A DNA stretch of 64,000 bases from the human T2T-CHM13v2.0 reference genome, Homo sapiens. Made by a program: the position numbers and the translations under genes. Of the stretch, positions 44,141-58,019 are shown piece after piece; the stretch's first letter is position 1; every line of letters starts with the position of its first letter. A model generated the notes under the pieces. That model ran no database searches and was not told where the DNA came from. It saw only the letters and a program-made list of their open reading frames with translations. Where the stretch lies: NCBI RefSeq assembly GCF_009914755.1, contig NC_060925.1; one strand, written 5' to 3'.

Positions 44141-47100
44141 CATGATACTACATTTTTACACTTTTGGTATCTGTTGAATCCTTAGTGATGTCAGCTTTCT
44201 CATTCCCAATAGGGATAATTTGTGTCATCTTTTTTCCTTGTCTGTCTGGATTGAAGTTTATTGATTTTATTAATCTCCAAAATACCAGCTTTTGGTTTGA
44301 GTTTTCTCTGCTGTTTTTCTGTTTTCTATTTTATTGATTTCTGCTATTTTTATTTTGTTTTGCTTTGTGGTTAGTTTGATCTTCATTTTCTACTTAGTTA
44401 ACATTGAAGTTAATGTCATTAACTTAGTACTTTTACTTATATAGGGATTTATTGCTGTATGTTTCCCTTTTAAGTACCGCTTTCACGGCATTCCTCAAAT
44501 TTTGACACGTATATTTTTATTCACTTCAAAATACTTTTTTAAATATTTCTTTGACCCATGGGTTATTGGAAAGTATGTTATTTATGTTATTTAATTTCCA
44601 AATATTTGGAGTTTTCCATATATCTTTCTGTTATGTATTCATAATTTTAGTTTTATTCTGGCCAGAGAACATATTTTCTAAGACTTGGATCTTTGTAAAC
44701 ATGGAGACTTGTTTTGTGGTCCAAATATATATGTTGTTAAGTATTCACTGAATACTCTGATGATTCTCTGCAGATTTGGAGAAATCTCTGTGCAGTTCTT
44801 TTCTCTGGTACTTTGACCTGTATGTAAACTCTAGTTACTTTGGTCTTCTCAGGCTCTTGGCTCTTTCACAATTAAAGTAGTCTTTGAGGCTCAGCCTGCT
44901 TTCCTCATAGCTATGCTATGGCCTGGACACTCAAGGGAGTATAAGCTGAGGCAAACATGGACTCATTTGTTTTCTAACTTTCAGGGATTATTGTCCATCA
45001 TTGCCTGATGTCCAGTGTCTTGAAAAGCAATTATTCTGTATATTTGCTTGATTGTTTGGTGTTGTTTCGGCGAGGCAAATCTGGGTCATGTTATTCTGTC
45101 TTGACTGGAAGTAGAAGTCCACTGTTTTTTTTTAATTACATAATATGGTCTCAGCAGTTGTAGATCTACCTCATTCTTTGTTAATGACAATGGAGGATAC
45201 TCGTGTGGCTGCACCACAGTGTAGTTACTGGACATATCACAATTTAGTTTCCTACATCGATGGACATTTAGGTTTGATTCCAGTTTGTTGTTATAACATG
45301 TGGACATATTTAGAATAGAAGTAAAAATGCTGTGTCAAATGAAATTTATACTTAAAGAGTTACTGAAAACCACAATGCCAGAACACTCATTTGTTTTTCA
45401 CAAGTGTGTATGGGAGTGCCTATTTTTCCATACCCTTGGCAATTCTAGGTTTTATCAAAATTTAAGAATACTAGCTTATTTTACACTAAAAATTATTTTG
45501 TAATTTATATTTTGAAATGGGTGAGGTTTTTCAGATTTGGTTATTTATATTTCATTTTCTGTGAACTGCCTGTTTGTGTACTGGACCTAGTTAATTCAAA
45601 TATATATATTTGAATTAAGTGATTTTATTGTTTAAAGTCCATTTGATGTGTAAACATTTTTAGCCTCAGCTTCTTCACCTTTTAAATTAGGATTTTAATA
45701 GTTCCACAAACTAGGTCTAATGTTAATGTATTTACATTTAGAATATCCAAGTTTTTATGGCTTTAGGATACAAATGAAATCTCATTTTCCATTATTTTAT
45801 AAATTTGCTGTATTCAGCTTTTCTTGATTTTAGACTTTTTTTTGTTAGCTCAGTGAGACTATTAAGAAAGAATATTTGTGAGTTTGTAATAGGAGATTTG
45901 TTGCATTTCTTTAAAATGGCTTTTTATATTCTTCGTAATTTGTAATATCAGGGGTGTCATTTCTGTACTCTTAACCATTTTGCCAATGTGAAATCCTTGC
46001 AAAGTAATCGGCCTATTACTTGGGAAGACAGAATTGTATGAAATGACTGTAGAATAATTCAGGATGGTCCCCAATACGGTAAAATGTTAACTTTTTAGAT
46101 GTAGATTTTAAGTATGGTGAAATTTGTAGCAGTGTTCTTTAGTAAGTTAACTATTAATATATCAAGACCTATAACTGGACAACTAATAAATAACCTGTTT
46201 CTTAAAATGTTAGCTTTTTCTAAATATTCTGAAAGTACTGGTTGTAAATTGCTGAACTCACAATTTAAATTATGATATGACTATTGAATTCATCCTCATT
46301 GGCTTGCATAGAAAATTACAATCAAATAATGCTAAATGTAACTTTTTTGGTAATAGTTGTGTGTAACTGGTTGTTCATTATAGATGTGTTATTCAAAACT
46401 TTGGGTTTTTAGGTTTTGACTTTTCTTAAAATACTTTTCTTAAATGCTACTTAATGCTTTCTCTAGGGTATTTTTATTAGAATTTCAATTAACAGATATT
46501 TTGATGTCTGCGAAATGACAGTACTATGTTAGAAATTGATGTATTGGCTCCTTGAGGGCAGTGACCCTATTTGTTATGTTTGTTCCTCAATCATTAATAG
46601 TACACATATTAAATAGTACATATACACTTAATATTTAATAACTCTTAGAAGTGTCATAGGCTTTAATATGCTCATACTCTAATGAGCCATTTATCAATAA
46701 AAAGATAAATAACAAGACTATGTCTTTTAGGACTTTAGTTAGAGAAATAAGGACTCAAGGTTTTAATTAAGTGCTATATGGCTACAGTAGGAAAGATTGG
46801 TTTGGGTTGGTAGGCTCAGAATAGTGGTCTGTGACCTAGCTAGATTGGGAGATAGGAGAAAGAGTGGAGAGCAACAGGCGTTGAGAGAATGACGTAACCA
46901 AAGTTGTGTCTATAGGTTGGCATAAATTTACAGCCATTGATCAGTGAGTTGAATAGTTTGGCCTTTATGGCTAACAGCTTGTATATGGATATGAGAGAAA
47001 AGATAGAATGGCAGATAGGTTATATAGAAGACCTCAATTACAGGTAGTGAAATTTGTACTTCATCTGGTAGGCATTATTCTATATACCTGTAATTTTCCA

Positions 47101-47154
47101 CATAAAAGTAGCTCATTACTCTGCTTTCTTTCTTTCTTTTTTTTTTTTTTTGCT

Positions 47155-47445
47155 ATAGCAAATTTATTGTAACAACACAAAGTATTATCTTATAGTTTTG
47201 TAGGTGAGAAATCTGACACAGGTGGGCTAAAATCAAGGTGTTAGCAGGGCTGTGTTCCTTTTTGCAGGATCTGGGGGGAATTTGTTTCCTTGACATAACT
47301 CGGCTGTTAGCTTCATCTTCAAAGAAGGAATGGCAAAGAAGACTCTGTCTCACATCACATCACTCCGACACATTCTTGTGCCTCCGTTTCCCACTTACAG
47401 GGACCTTGTGATTACAATGGGCCCAACTACATAATAGAGGATAAA
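47155..47445 (-). mobile_element. MLT1C-like LTR fragment
   Basis: gggctaaaatcaaggtgttagcagggctgtgttcc..gggaccttgtgattacaatgggccca. Confidence 0.7.
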
Positions 47446-47513
47446 TGTTTAAATTACAAATTAATGAAGTGGCAACTGAAACAAGTTTTAACCTATTCTC
47501 AAGAAAGGGCTTT

Positions 47514-47791
47514 GCTGGAATGGTGGCTCACACCTGTAATCCCAGAACTTAGGGAGGCTGAGGCAGGCAGATCACTTGAGCCCAGGAGTTTGAGACCAGC
47601 CTGGTCCTCATAGCAAGACCCCATCTCTACAAAAACTTTTAAAAATTAGATAGATCTGGTGGCATGGGCCTGTAGTCCCAGCTACTTGGGAGGCTGAGAC
47701 AAGAGGATCACCTGAGCCCAGGCGGCAGTGAGCTATGATTGTATCACTACACTCCAGCCTGGGCGAGAGGAGATCCAGTCTCAAAAAAAAA
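47514..47791 (+). mobile_element. AluJ
   Basis: TSD AAAGGGCTTT. Confidence 0.9.
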
Positions 47792-47823
47792 GGAAAAGGG
47801 CTTTCCTGAGGGTCAAATGAAGT

Positions 47824-47997
47824 ACAGTTGACCCTTGAACAACATGATTTTGAATTACACAGGTCCACTTATGCATAGATCCACTTATACAGAATTTTCT
47901 TCTCCCTCTTCCACCCAAGACAGAAAGACCAACTCGTCCTCTTCCTCCTTAGCCTACTCAGCGTGAAGACAGTCAGGATGAAGACCTTTATTATGAC
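47824..47997 (+). mobile_element. Tigger2-family left-end fragment
   Basis: ta|CAGTTGACCCTTGAACAACA..ggtccacttat..cctactcagcgtgaagac..gatgaagaccttta. Confidence 0.8.
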
Positions 47998-48918
47998 TGA
48001 TCTCCAAAAAGATTGGCTTCAGTATTTCATGGAGTGCTATGAATTAGAATCCTGAGTCTCTATATTGTTAATTATTTTAGTCTCTTGGTCTACGTGTGTT
48101 CCTAAACTGTAGTAGCTTTCTTAATTTAGTTGTAGGCATACTACATTAGGGGATAAGGTGGTTAAGTGATATTTTCACTTTAAAAGTAATAAGGTGTCAC
48201 AGAAAGTTATCACGAGATTTTTTTGAGCAGTACTTCTTTTTTAAAACTATTATAATGAATTTTAGACACAATAGTATCATGAACCATTGTGTATCTATCA
48301 TTCAGTCCCCAAAACCATTAGTAACCCATAGCTAAAATGATGATATCCACACTCTGCTTTTCCACTTCTGTTATTTTGAGATAAATTTCAGATATTCATA
48401 TTGTTTTATCTGTAAAGGCTTCAGTGTATATCTTTAAAGAATAGGGACTCTCCTCTCCTTTTTAAAATATAATCAAAAGACTGTTAGGACACACACACAA
48501 AGTTACCTCATATTATAAAATGTCAAATTTGTATTAAAATTTCTAATTGTCTCATAAAAGTCATAGTATTTTTATAGGGTTTTTTTTTTTAGTGGGGGAA
48601 GGAGTCACGATAAAATAAGATCAGCAAATTTAACAGGTCGTTATTACCTCTTAAATATCTTTTAATGTACAAGCTCTCCGTTCCTGTTTTTTGTTTTTTT
48701 TTTAAGTTGCATTTCATTTGTTGAAGAAAACTGGTTATTGGTCTTACACAGTTGCCTATAGACTACATTTACTGATTGCGTTATGATTTTGTAATTTAGT
48801 ATGTTTTCCATATTTCCAGTAAATTGGTAGTTAGATCTAGAGACTTGCTCAGGGTCTCTATTTTTTTGGTAATATTTTTAAGTGGTGGGTTTTTATTTCT
48901 GTTAGACATGGTTTCTGA

Positions 48919-49345
<427 letters not shown>

Positions 49346-49799
49346 TAATGAGTATTCTTAAAGGATATCTAAAAAGAAATGTAACTTAAAATTCACATAA
49401 TAGTAATACTATACAGTATTAACATTTAATGTAAGTTGGAACTATTGATGGTGGACAAGAATGTTTTCTTGTCAAGAACATACGATTTAGAATGAAAAGA
49501 TGAGGGTTTGACTTTTATAGCATTGAACAGGTTAACCTCTGAGCTTCAGTTTTATACATTTTTAAATGGTTTCAGTTGTACCTACTTCCAAAATTATTTT
49601 GAATGTTAGATGAGATGAGGAAAAGACTTATGCTGAAAGGATGAGAATGGTTGTTGTTGTAGTTCTTTAATCTGTAAATCTACATTTGGAAGGAACACTT
49701 TTATGGAAATCAAATACAGTAAATTAATTTCTAAGAGGTCCTGGAGTTCAGGTTAAAAATAGCCTCAGACAGCACTAAATATCTTTATTAGTGAACAAA

Positions 49800-50480
49800 A
49801 AAATAAAAATAACTTAGAATTTAGCACAGAGAAGCAAAGAGATGAAAATAGGAGAAGCGTTAAAAATGTGTTGGAAAGGAAGAGAAGTTCTAACAAACAT
49901 CTAATTAGCGTTCCAGAAATTAAAGATTGCAGAAAGGCAAAATTTGAAATGCTAAAGGCTGATAATTTTTCAGAATTGGTGAGCTATATGAGTTCTTAGA
50001 TTTAGGAGGCACAAGAAAACCTGGACACATAACAGTAAAAGAGCAGAGCACCAAAGACATAGAGATCTTTAAAGCAGCCAGAGAAAATCAGATTCCCTAA
50101 AGAATAAGAACTAGAAAGTCCTAATATGCTTCATCAGCATGGGCATCCAGAAGATAGTGGAATAATATTTTCAATGTGTTGAGTGAAAATAGCTGCCCAC
50201 CTGTTATTTTATAGCCAGCCAAATTATCATATAAGGAGAAGAACAAAATAAAGACACTTTTTGAAACACGTCATTCTGCCTCCAAAAAAGCAATTTAGGA
50301 AATGTATCAACAGACCCACTGAAGGAATTTCTGGAGTTTGTACTTCAGGAAGAAAGCCAATGACACCAGAAAGGAAGTCTGATATAGAAGTGAGGCTAAT
50401 CAAGAAATTGGTAGGTCTGTGAGTAAATCTAATTACTGACCATATAAGAATGTAATAGCAGTGATTGATAAGGGGTTTAA
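49800..50480 (+). mobile_element. Old L1M ORF1-region fragment
   Basis: A-rich; gagatctttaaagcagccagagaaaa..gaagatagtggaataatattttcaatgtgttgagtgaaaat. Confidence 0.6.
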
Positions 50481-50794
50481 AAATAGAATTAAAAATATTA
50501 AATCATAACAATATGTGAGAGAGTGGTAGAGACACTGGAGTTTGAGTTCTGATGATCTAGTATTGATTGGAGCTGTGTTGTCAGTTACAGTAGCTACTAG
50601 TCATTTGTTACTGAGCACTTGACATGTATGTAGTTTAAGTTGATCTTCTACTTAATTGAAAAATACACATTTCTGAGCCTTAGTCTGAAAGAAGAATGTA
50701 AAATATCCCAAGTTTTCATATTGGTTACATGTACAGCGGATAATATTTTGGTATTTTGGGTTAAATGAAATACATTATGTGTGTTGCCTTTTCC

Positions 50795-51086
50795 TCTTTT
50801 TTCCTTTCCTTTTTTTAAGATAGGGTCTTGCTCTGTCCACCAGGCTGGAGTGCCGTGGCATGATCATGGCAGCCTCAACCTCCTGGGCTCCAGTGACCCT
50901 CCCACCTCAGCCTCCCAAGTAGCTGGGACTACAGTTGTGTGCCACCACACCTGGCTAATTTTTGAGTTTTTTTTTGTAGAGACAGCGTCTCGCTGTATCG
51001 CTTAGGCTGGTCTCAAACTCCTGGGCTCAAGTGATCCTCCTGCTTTAGCCTTGCAAAGTGCTGGGATTACAGGACTGAGTCTGGCC
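50795..51086 (-). mobile_element. AluJ
   Basis: Diverged dimer. Confidence 0.9.
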
Positions 51087-51090
51087 ACCT

Positions 51091-51380
51091 TTTTCTTTCT
51101 TTCTTTTTTTTTTAGACGGAGTCTCCCTTTGTTGCCCAGGCTGGAGTACAGTGGCTCTATCTCTGCTTCCTGCAAGCTCTGCCTCCTGGGTTCACGCCAT
51201 TCTCCTGCCTCAGCCTCCCGAGTAGCTGGGACTACAGGCGCCTGCCACCACACCCGGCTAATTTTTTGTATTTTTAGTAGAGATGGGTTTTACCATGGTC
51301 TCGATCTCCTGACCTCCTGATCTGCCCACCCTGGCCTCCCAAAGTGCTGGGATTACAGGCGTGAGCCACTGCGACCGGCC
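51091..51380 (-). mobile_element. AluY
   Basis: AluY diagnostics; adjacent to the AluJ. Confidence 0.93.
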
Positions 51381-52405
51381 CACTTTTTCTTTTTACTTTA
51401 AAAAATGTGGCTAATAGAAATTTATGAGATTATATTTATGGTTCATACTACGTTTCTTTTGGACAGTGCCAGAGTGAATCAGATAAGCTTGCATTTTAAA
51501 ATCCTAAGGGTAAATGCAATAGAGATAGAACGCAAATAATTGGGGAGGGGGGTTGACTGAAATTAAAGATGTATAATCCAAAAGAAGGCAAAAAAAAAGG
51601 AAAGACACAAAGTGAGCTTATATGTTAATAGCGTGGAAAGGTTCTATGAAGGGTTGTTTAGAGCCTTTAAGGGCAAAATTTTCTTGTCTGGTTGCAGGAA
51701 AGAGTGGCATTGTTTTTGTTCACTTTTAAAGCTACAAAAACAAGTAATGATGAGGAAAATTGGGACATGTTGAGGAAGTAAGTAATTTTTTGGAATGTAG
51801 GTTGAGTTAGAGTAGTAGAAGACAAAATTTAAAAAGTAGTTTTTGACAGTAATATGGAGAGCTTTGAGTGCAAAGGATTTGCAGTGAGGACCTTTGAAAA
51901 TTGAACCTGCTTTCTCCTATCAGTATTTATGTTTAAATAAACTTGATTCTTTGTGAGTATTGTTATATATGTTTTCATAACTACTGTTGTAGTAACGTTT
52001 CTTTTTTTTTACTAGCTTGCTTTCATGCCACGCTGTTGATTAAATATTTATGGGCCATTTTAAGGCTTCTAATCTTCATTTGTGATGAACTTTTGAGGAA
52101 GAGTTAGGTTTTGTAAGTGTTGAACTCCAATAAACACAGTTCCACTTTCCTTAACTTCTCAGAAAGATACTTTGCTATTTGATACAGATAGTTGTCTAGG
52201 CAAGCTATTAGCAGGGTTTCAGGTAAGACATATGTGTTTGCTATTTGTTTTAAGCACTCTTCCCTCATTTATTCAAATTGTAGCAAACATCTACTACACC
52301 CATTTCCAGTTCTTTGTCTTAATAGTTCAACTATTATAAAAAGGAGTGGTATATATATATATAAACTCTTGCTTGGCTTTGGTTTGATTGAATTAATAAG
52401 GTGAG

Positions 52406-52641
52406 TTTTTTTTGTTTGTTTGTTTTGAGATGGAGTCTCGCTCTGTTGCCCAGGCTGGAGTGCAGTGGTGGGATCTCGGCTCACTGCAGGCCATTCTCCT
52501 GCCTCAGCCTCCCGAGTAGCTGGGACTGCAGGTGCCTGCCACCACACCTGGCTAATTTTTTGTATTTTTAGTAGAGATGGGGTTTCACCGTGTTAGCCAG
52601 GATGGTCTAGATCTCCTGACCTTGTGATCCGCCCGCCTCGG
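52406..52641 (-). mobile_element. AluY, 5'-truncated with an internal deletion
   Basis: ctcactgcag|gccattctcc junction; ends at cgcctcgg. Confidence 0.9.
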
Positions 52642-53667
52642 AAATACTTTGCATTGTTGGATTGATTGGGTTTGAGCCCCTGTTGTACTTAAGTGATTAT
52701 GAACAAGTCTTTTATAATCTGAATTTCCCTTTCCTAGTTTGTAATATTGAGGATAATAATTCCTAACTTGCATGATTGTTGTGAAGATTAAATAAGACAA
52801 TGATATTGGTAGGAGCTCTTTATAATCTTTCTCTCTTATGTACAATTCAAATATATGTCGGTTTAAATACCAAAATACCACTTTAAAAAATCTGGGCTGA
52901 AATGGACACTTCTAATGTAGGAGTAGTGCTTTAGAAAATAATGCTTTGTTTCGTATTCTTTTCCTAGTATTTTATGTCTAGTAACTCATAAGGAAAAAAT
53001 GATCAGATAAGTATATTTTTTAGATGCTGATTACAGCATTATTTAAATAGTAGAAATAACAACTGTTCAGTGATAAGACAATGAATAAATTCTGTTCATA
53101 AACATTACAAATGTTTTTTAAATATTTTTCATATGTGTGAAAAGTAGGATTAAAAATAACTTTGACAAATGCATACAATTTATATGTGTCCCCAAAAGCT
53201 GGAGGGCAGTGTACCAAAATAGAGTAGTTTTCTCCAGGTTGATGGGATTAGTTTTTTGTAATTCTTTATATATTTTCTCTATATTCCACATTTTAAGTAT
53301 TTTATGATAAAGTTATTAATATTGATAAAGTTATTAATGTTGCTTAATTGATTAAACCCTGATATTTTCTTGTTTCTTTAAAAAACGTTGCATAACTTGA
53401 TATAAATCTTTTTAATTGTACAAAAAAACACATAAAATTTACTATCTTAACCATTTTTAAGTGTACACTTAAATTGTTTAATTATTCTTATACGTACTTA
53501 ATAATATTACATTGCAAAACCCATCTCCAGAACTTTTTGGAGAACTGAAACTCTATACTGATTTTAAAACTCCCTCTTTTGTCCTTCTGCTGGTAACCAG
53601 CATTCTATTTTCTGTGTCTATGAATTTGACTACTTTAAATACCTCACATAAGTGGAATTATACAGTA

Positions 53668-54130
53668 TAGGTTAAGCATCCCTAATCTGAAAATCCAAAG
53701 TCTGAATGCTACAAAATCTGAAACTGGTGTGTGTTTTTTTTTTTTTTTTTTTTTTTTTGAGACGGAGTCTTACTCTGTCGCCCAGGCTGGAGTGCAGTGG
53801 CGCGATCTCTGCTCACTGCAAGCTCCACCACCCGGGTTCACGCCATCTTCCTGAGTAGCTGGGACTACAGGCGCCCGCCACCACGCCCGGCTAATTTTTT
53901 GTATATATATATATTTTTTTTAGTAGAGACGGGGTTTCACTGTAGCCAGGATGGACTCTTATCTCCCGACCTCGTGATCCGCCTGCCTCGGCCTCCCAAA
54001 GTGCTGGGATTACAGGCCTGAGCCACCGCGCCTGGCCAATCTGAAACTTTTTGAGCACTTACTTGATGCTCAAAGGAAGTGCTTAGTGGAGCATTTTGGA
54101 TTTTAGATTTTCAGATTAGGAATGCTCAGG
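53668..54130. mobile_element. Tigger4a (MER46A-like) MITE
   Basis: aggttaagcatccctaatctgaaaatcc..tttttgagcac..gatgctcaaaggaa..ttttcagattaggaatgctca; inverted termini. Confidence 0.82.
53734..54037 (-). mobile_element. AluY inside Tigger4a
   Basis: TSD AATCTGAAACT (53715-53725 / 54038-54048). Confidence 0.93.
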
Positions 54131-54278
54131 TTGTGTTTGTCCTTTTGTGACTGGCTTATATTCACTTAATATAATGTCCTCAGGGTCCATCCATTTTGTA
54201 GCATGTGACAAGATTTCCTCCCTTTTTAAGGCTACATAGCATTCCATTGTGGTACACAAAAGTTCATTTGAAGCCCCC

Positions 54279-54662
54279 TGTGTCATAACTCAGACTTCCA
54301 TAACAAAATACCATAGACTGAGTGACTTAAAAAACAGAGATTCGTTTTCTCACAGTTCTGGAAACTGGGAAGTCCAAGATCAAGGTACCAGCAAGGCAAC
54401 TTTCCTTCTGAGGCCACTTCTCTTGAAGTGAGGCCACCATTTTACTTTGTGTGCCTCACATGACCTTTTCTTTGTGAGCACACTTTGGGGGAGTGGGTGG
54501 CAGAAGCTCTCTGGTATTTCTTCTCATAAAGGCATTAATCCCATCATGAAGGCCTTACTCTCATGATCTCATGAAATCCTCCAGTTAACTCCTAAAGGCC
54601 CTGTTTCAAAATTGCATCACATTTGGGGTTAGGACTTCAGCATGTGATTTTTGGGGAAACAT
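54279..54662 (-). mobile_element. MLT1A-like LTR
   Basis: ataacaaaataccatagactg..ttctcacagttctgga..gtccaagatcaagg..atcacatttggggttagga. Confidence 0.78.
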
Positions 54663-55343
54663 AAGCATTGAGTTGATAATACCCTGCATATAGTTGACCC
54701 ATACTTCTCCACTCCAGGTAATTACTATACTAAATTTGATGTTTACCATTCCCATAAATTTCTCATTTACTACATGTTTATGTATTTTTATCTTAAGCAA
54801 TATATGGTTTTGTTTTGCATGTTTAAACTATAGATGTACTATCATGCTGTATGTATTCTGTAATTTGCTTTTCTTGTTCAGTGTTATTTTTGTTAAGTTT
54901 ATATATATATATATTTTCATTGCCATATAGTATATGATATATGAATATATCATCTTGACAAATGAGTTAATATTTGACGAGATTGATTTGTCAAATATTT
55001 TAAATTTTTTTCCATTACAAACTGCTACTGTAAGCATTAATATGCATATTCTAACGTGTTAATATTAGAGTTTCTCATAGATTGTGTCTTTTCAAATCGA
55101 TTGAATATTAACATATTGCTTTCATAGGTAATTATATTAATTATACTGTTAGCGCTGCATGTAGATTCTTGTTTCTATACATTCTTTGAAAATCGGCATT
55201 GTTGGACTTTTTAATTTTGCTGATCAAATGTACATGGGAAGGATATCTTGTGGTTTTAATTTGCATTCCCTATTAATGCAAAAAAAAAAAAACATTGATT
55301 CCTGGGAGTTTTTATATACTGTGCAGACTAATTGTTTTGTTAT

Positions 55344-55675
55344 TTTTTTTGGTTTGTTTGTTTTGTTTTGTTTCATTTTTGTTTTTGTTTTGAGAGACAG
55401 AGTCTCACTGTGTCATCCAGGCTGGAGTGCAGTGGCTCGGTCACAGTCACTGCAGTCTTGACATCCCAGGCTCTAGCAATTCTCTCACCTTTGTTTCCTG
55501 AGTAGCTGGGACTACAGGAATACACCACTATGCCCAGCTAATTTTTCAATTTTTTTGTAGAGATGGAGTCTCACTGTATTACCCAGGTTTGTTGCGAACT
55601 CCCAGGCTCAAGCAGTTCTCCCGCATTGGCCTCCTAAAGTGCTGAGATTACAGGCGTGAGTCGCTGTGCCTGGCC
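55344..55675 (-). mobile_element. AluJ
   Basis: TSD TGTTTTGTTA. Confidence 0.9.
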
Positions 55676-57118
55676 TGTTTTGTTAGTTACATGTCCTACA
55701 GATAACTCTCTCCTCTCTCTGACCTGTTTTTTTTACACTGATGAATAGTTGTAAATTTTAATGGGACATTTATGTTTTTCTTTTAAAAAAACATTTAACC
55801 TAAGGCCTTACGTATAGGCTTGTGTATTTTATTTTGAAAGTTTTAAAATTTTGATTTTCACATTTATGGCGTTAATCTACCTGGAATTTATTCTTTGTGT
55901 AGCATATGTTACAGGTTTAATTATTTTTTCTATATGGATAGCAAGCTTAGTATGTACTTGATTGAATAGCTCAGCTTTTCTCCAATGATCTGCTTTCTCA
56001 GCTCTTCAGGTTTCCGTATATTCACAGAACCATTTCTGTGCTATGTCTTGTAGCAGTACAACAGTGTCTTAATTACTTATGGCATCAGCATTAAGTTTTG
56101 GAATCTTGTACAGTGAGTGTCAAAACTTTGTTTTTCAAAATTGTCTTGGTGTTTTCTTCACTGCATTTATTTTAAGATCATTTGGCTAAGTTCTGTGAAG
56201 GCTCTTTGGGTCTTATTTATACTTGCCTTAAATTTAGTAGTTAATTGGGAGAACATTATAGCTGCATTATCAAAATAAAATGGCAATTTTTTTTGAGCTG
56301 AAAGGCAGAGAACTATAACATTTCTTTGAAGAATTTTCCACTTTCTTCTTCATGGTATTTTCCCTAAGAGACATGCTTAATGCAGAAAATATATTAAAAG
56401 GATTTTAAACAGCTTATATGTAAGGGATGAGGGAACAGGGATACTTGGACTAATATTTCAATATTTCTAAAATTATTGGTTTATTGAGTACGTTCCTAGA
56501 AAACTGTTTTATTGAAAGCTTCAAATTTCTCAGAATTGTATAGCATTTTTGAATTCTCTCTTTTATTACTAATATCAAGCACCTATGTTTTCTCCTATTT
56601 CTTGATTTGTCTTGTCACAGAATTTATTTTACTGGTCTTTTCAAAGAACCAACCTTTTTACTTGTTTTCTTTTTTGTTGGGGGCAGTGGAGGGATTCACT
56701 TTAATTTGATCCTGAACTCCTTTATTTTCTTTTAAAATGCATTCAAGGTTAAAGGTAATCAGCTGATAGCTTTGGCTTTTTTTTTTTTTTTTTACTTTTA
56801 GAGTTCTCTTTTTATTGTAAACTTCATTTAAAGGTTTTAAGCTACACAAAAGTAGAGGGAATGGTATATAATACACTTTTTTCTGTTGGATAATATTAAT
56901 GCAAATCTCAGATCATTTCATATAATCTGCAGATATATCAGAATGTGTGTCTCTCTATTAAATGTGACATTGGTACCATTATAAAGTTTAAAATAATTTC
57001 TTAATGTCGTCTAATCTCCAGTATTCAGAATACTTTCTTTTCATTATTTTATTTTTCTTGCCTTTTCTTTTTTGTTGTTGTTAGATAAAGTGAGTCATCT
57101 GTACAATTTCCACTTTCT

Positions 57119-57462
<344 letters not shown>

Positions 57463-58019
57463 TCATGTAAACAAGTTTACCTGAAATACAGGGGTTTGAT
57501 CAGACTCTGGTGTAATTTTTACCAAGAATATTTTGCAGATGTACTCTATGTAATTCCTGTTGTATGTCAGCTTGCTCCATCTATTACAGAGCGCATCATC
57601 CTTTCACCTAATAGTTTTTAGTAGCTAATGATTGCATACTTTTATTAGGTATTGCAAAAGTGGCGCTATTCTTTTTTTCTGTGTATATTAGAATTCTTAA
57701 GAATTATATCCATCAACTGTTTGGTCATACGTAAGTACCTTTTTATAAGAAAAGCAGGAGAGAATTTGACTTCTTAAGTTTTCTGATGAGTTGTTACCCT
57801 AAAACCTCCAGTATAATCAATATGAGTTCCTTTTTGTTGCTGTTAGTATCGTCGCAACAGCAAAGAGTTTAATAACATTTATTTTCTAGTGTATTGCAGT
57901 AATCATTCTTCTTTTTTTTAAATTTCTAAGCTGTTTTATTAAATGAAAAGAGAACAATGCTAAGCAGCTTGTATGGTGTGTGTGTTGTGTGGGTTTTTAT
58001 TTTGTATGAATGTTAAAAA

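Larger units (their letters stand above)
50570..51470. mobile_element. MER33-like hAT element split by two Alus
   Basis: gtagctactagtca..gataatattttgg..ttaaatgaaata | aatgtggctaatagaaattt..ttggacagtg. Confidence 0.65.
53420..54255 (-). mobile_element. L1MB-like 3' fragment split by Tigger4a and AluY
   Basis: acataaaatttactatcttaaccatttttaagtgtaca..ggaattatacagta | tttgtccttttgtgactggctta. Confidence 0.78.
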
